From Aplysia californica (taxonomy: Eukaryota): a DNA stretch of 64,000 nt. Location of the stretch: the NCBI RefSeq assembly GCF_000002075.1, contig NW_004797294.1, positions 308,491 through 372,490 of the forward strand. The letters are read 5' to 3'. The translations under genes and the position numbers were made by a program. This document shows, piece after piece, positions 63,577 to 64,000 of this stretch. The notes below the pieces were generated by a model. That model searched no databases, was not told where the DNA came from, and worked only from the letters and a program-made list of their open reading frames with translations. Positions within the stretch are counted from its first letter, which is position 1, and each line of letters opens with the position of its first letter.

Positions 63577-64000
63577 TAATATTATGGTTGGGGCAAAAGA
63601 TTGCTAGTCTACAATATTGAAAACTGCTTCTCCCGTATAACTTTGGGAAAGAAATAACAAGAAACTCCAGTTGTTACGTTTTTTGTTGTTGTTTTTCCTC
63701 TTGGAACTGCGCTATCGCTGGAACTACAATACAGCTCTCTTAGAATGACAGGGGTCCAACTTCCACTTTTCCTAGAACTGAGTTACACAGGACACATTAC
63801 TAAAACATATGCCCTGCACACTGTGTCCAACACAGGAGAAAGTCTGACCTGTATAATTTTTTGTACAGTTTCATGAAGACGTAAAACCATTTTAGCGAAA
63901 AGTGTATGAATTTTAAATCCAATTTTCTTAAAACTATGTATCATGGAGTTACAATAATTGTGTCATTGTACGTGCGCGATGTGTGGGGTATACTGGAGCC

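Overview
This is gapped, microsatellite- and transposon-rich animal genomic DNA. It is probably a mollusc or other lophotrochozoan, but that is inferred from gene and repeat style, not proven. The window holds a head-to-tail + strand tandem array of three 8-exon genes for divergent nicotinic-acetylcholine-receptor-like Cys-loop ion channel subunits (gene 1 10837-22795, gene 2 31235-47749, gene 3 53146-63576), which I spliced by hand from GT-AG boundaries. All three keep the C-x13-C Cys-loop, four TM helices and a cation-type GEK filter. All three have lost the acetylcholine-binding signature: no loop C vicinal cysteines, loop B Trp->Met, loop A Tyr->Val/Met/Leu, loop D Trp->Phe and WxPD->WRPR. 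Genes 2 and 3 are nearly identical in the pore exons but only about half identical in the loop B-C exon. This makes them candidate sensory/chemoreceptor channels analogous to cephalopod chemotactile receptors, but intron-rich. The apparent extra exons 2-4 of gene 2 look like an uncollapsed second haplotype between 100-N gaps. Introns and spacers carry Penelope, Helitron, mariner and RTE remnants, several MITEs and three SINE families. One DNA transposon's target-site duplication regenerates the acceptor of the Cys-loop exon.
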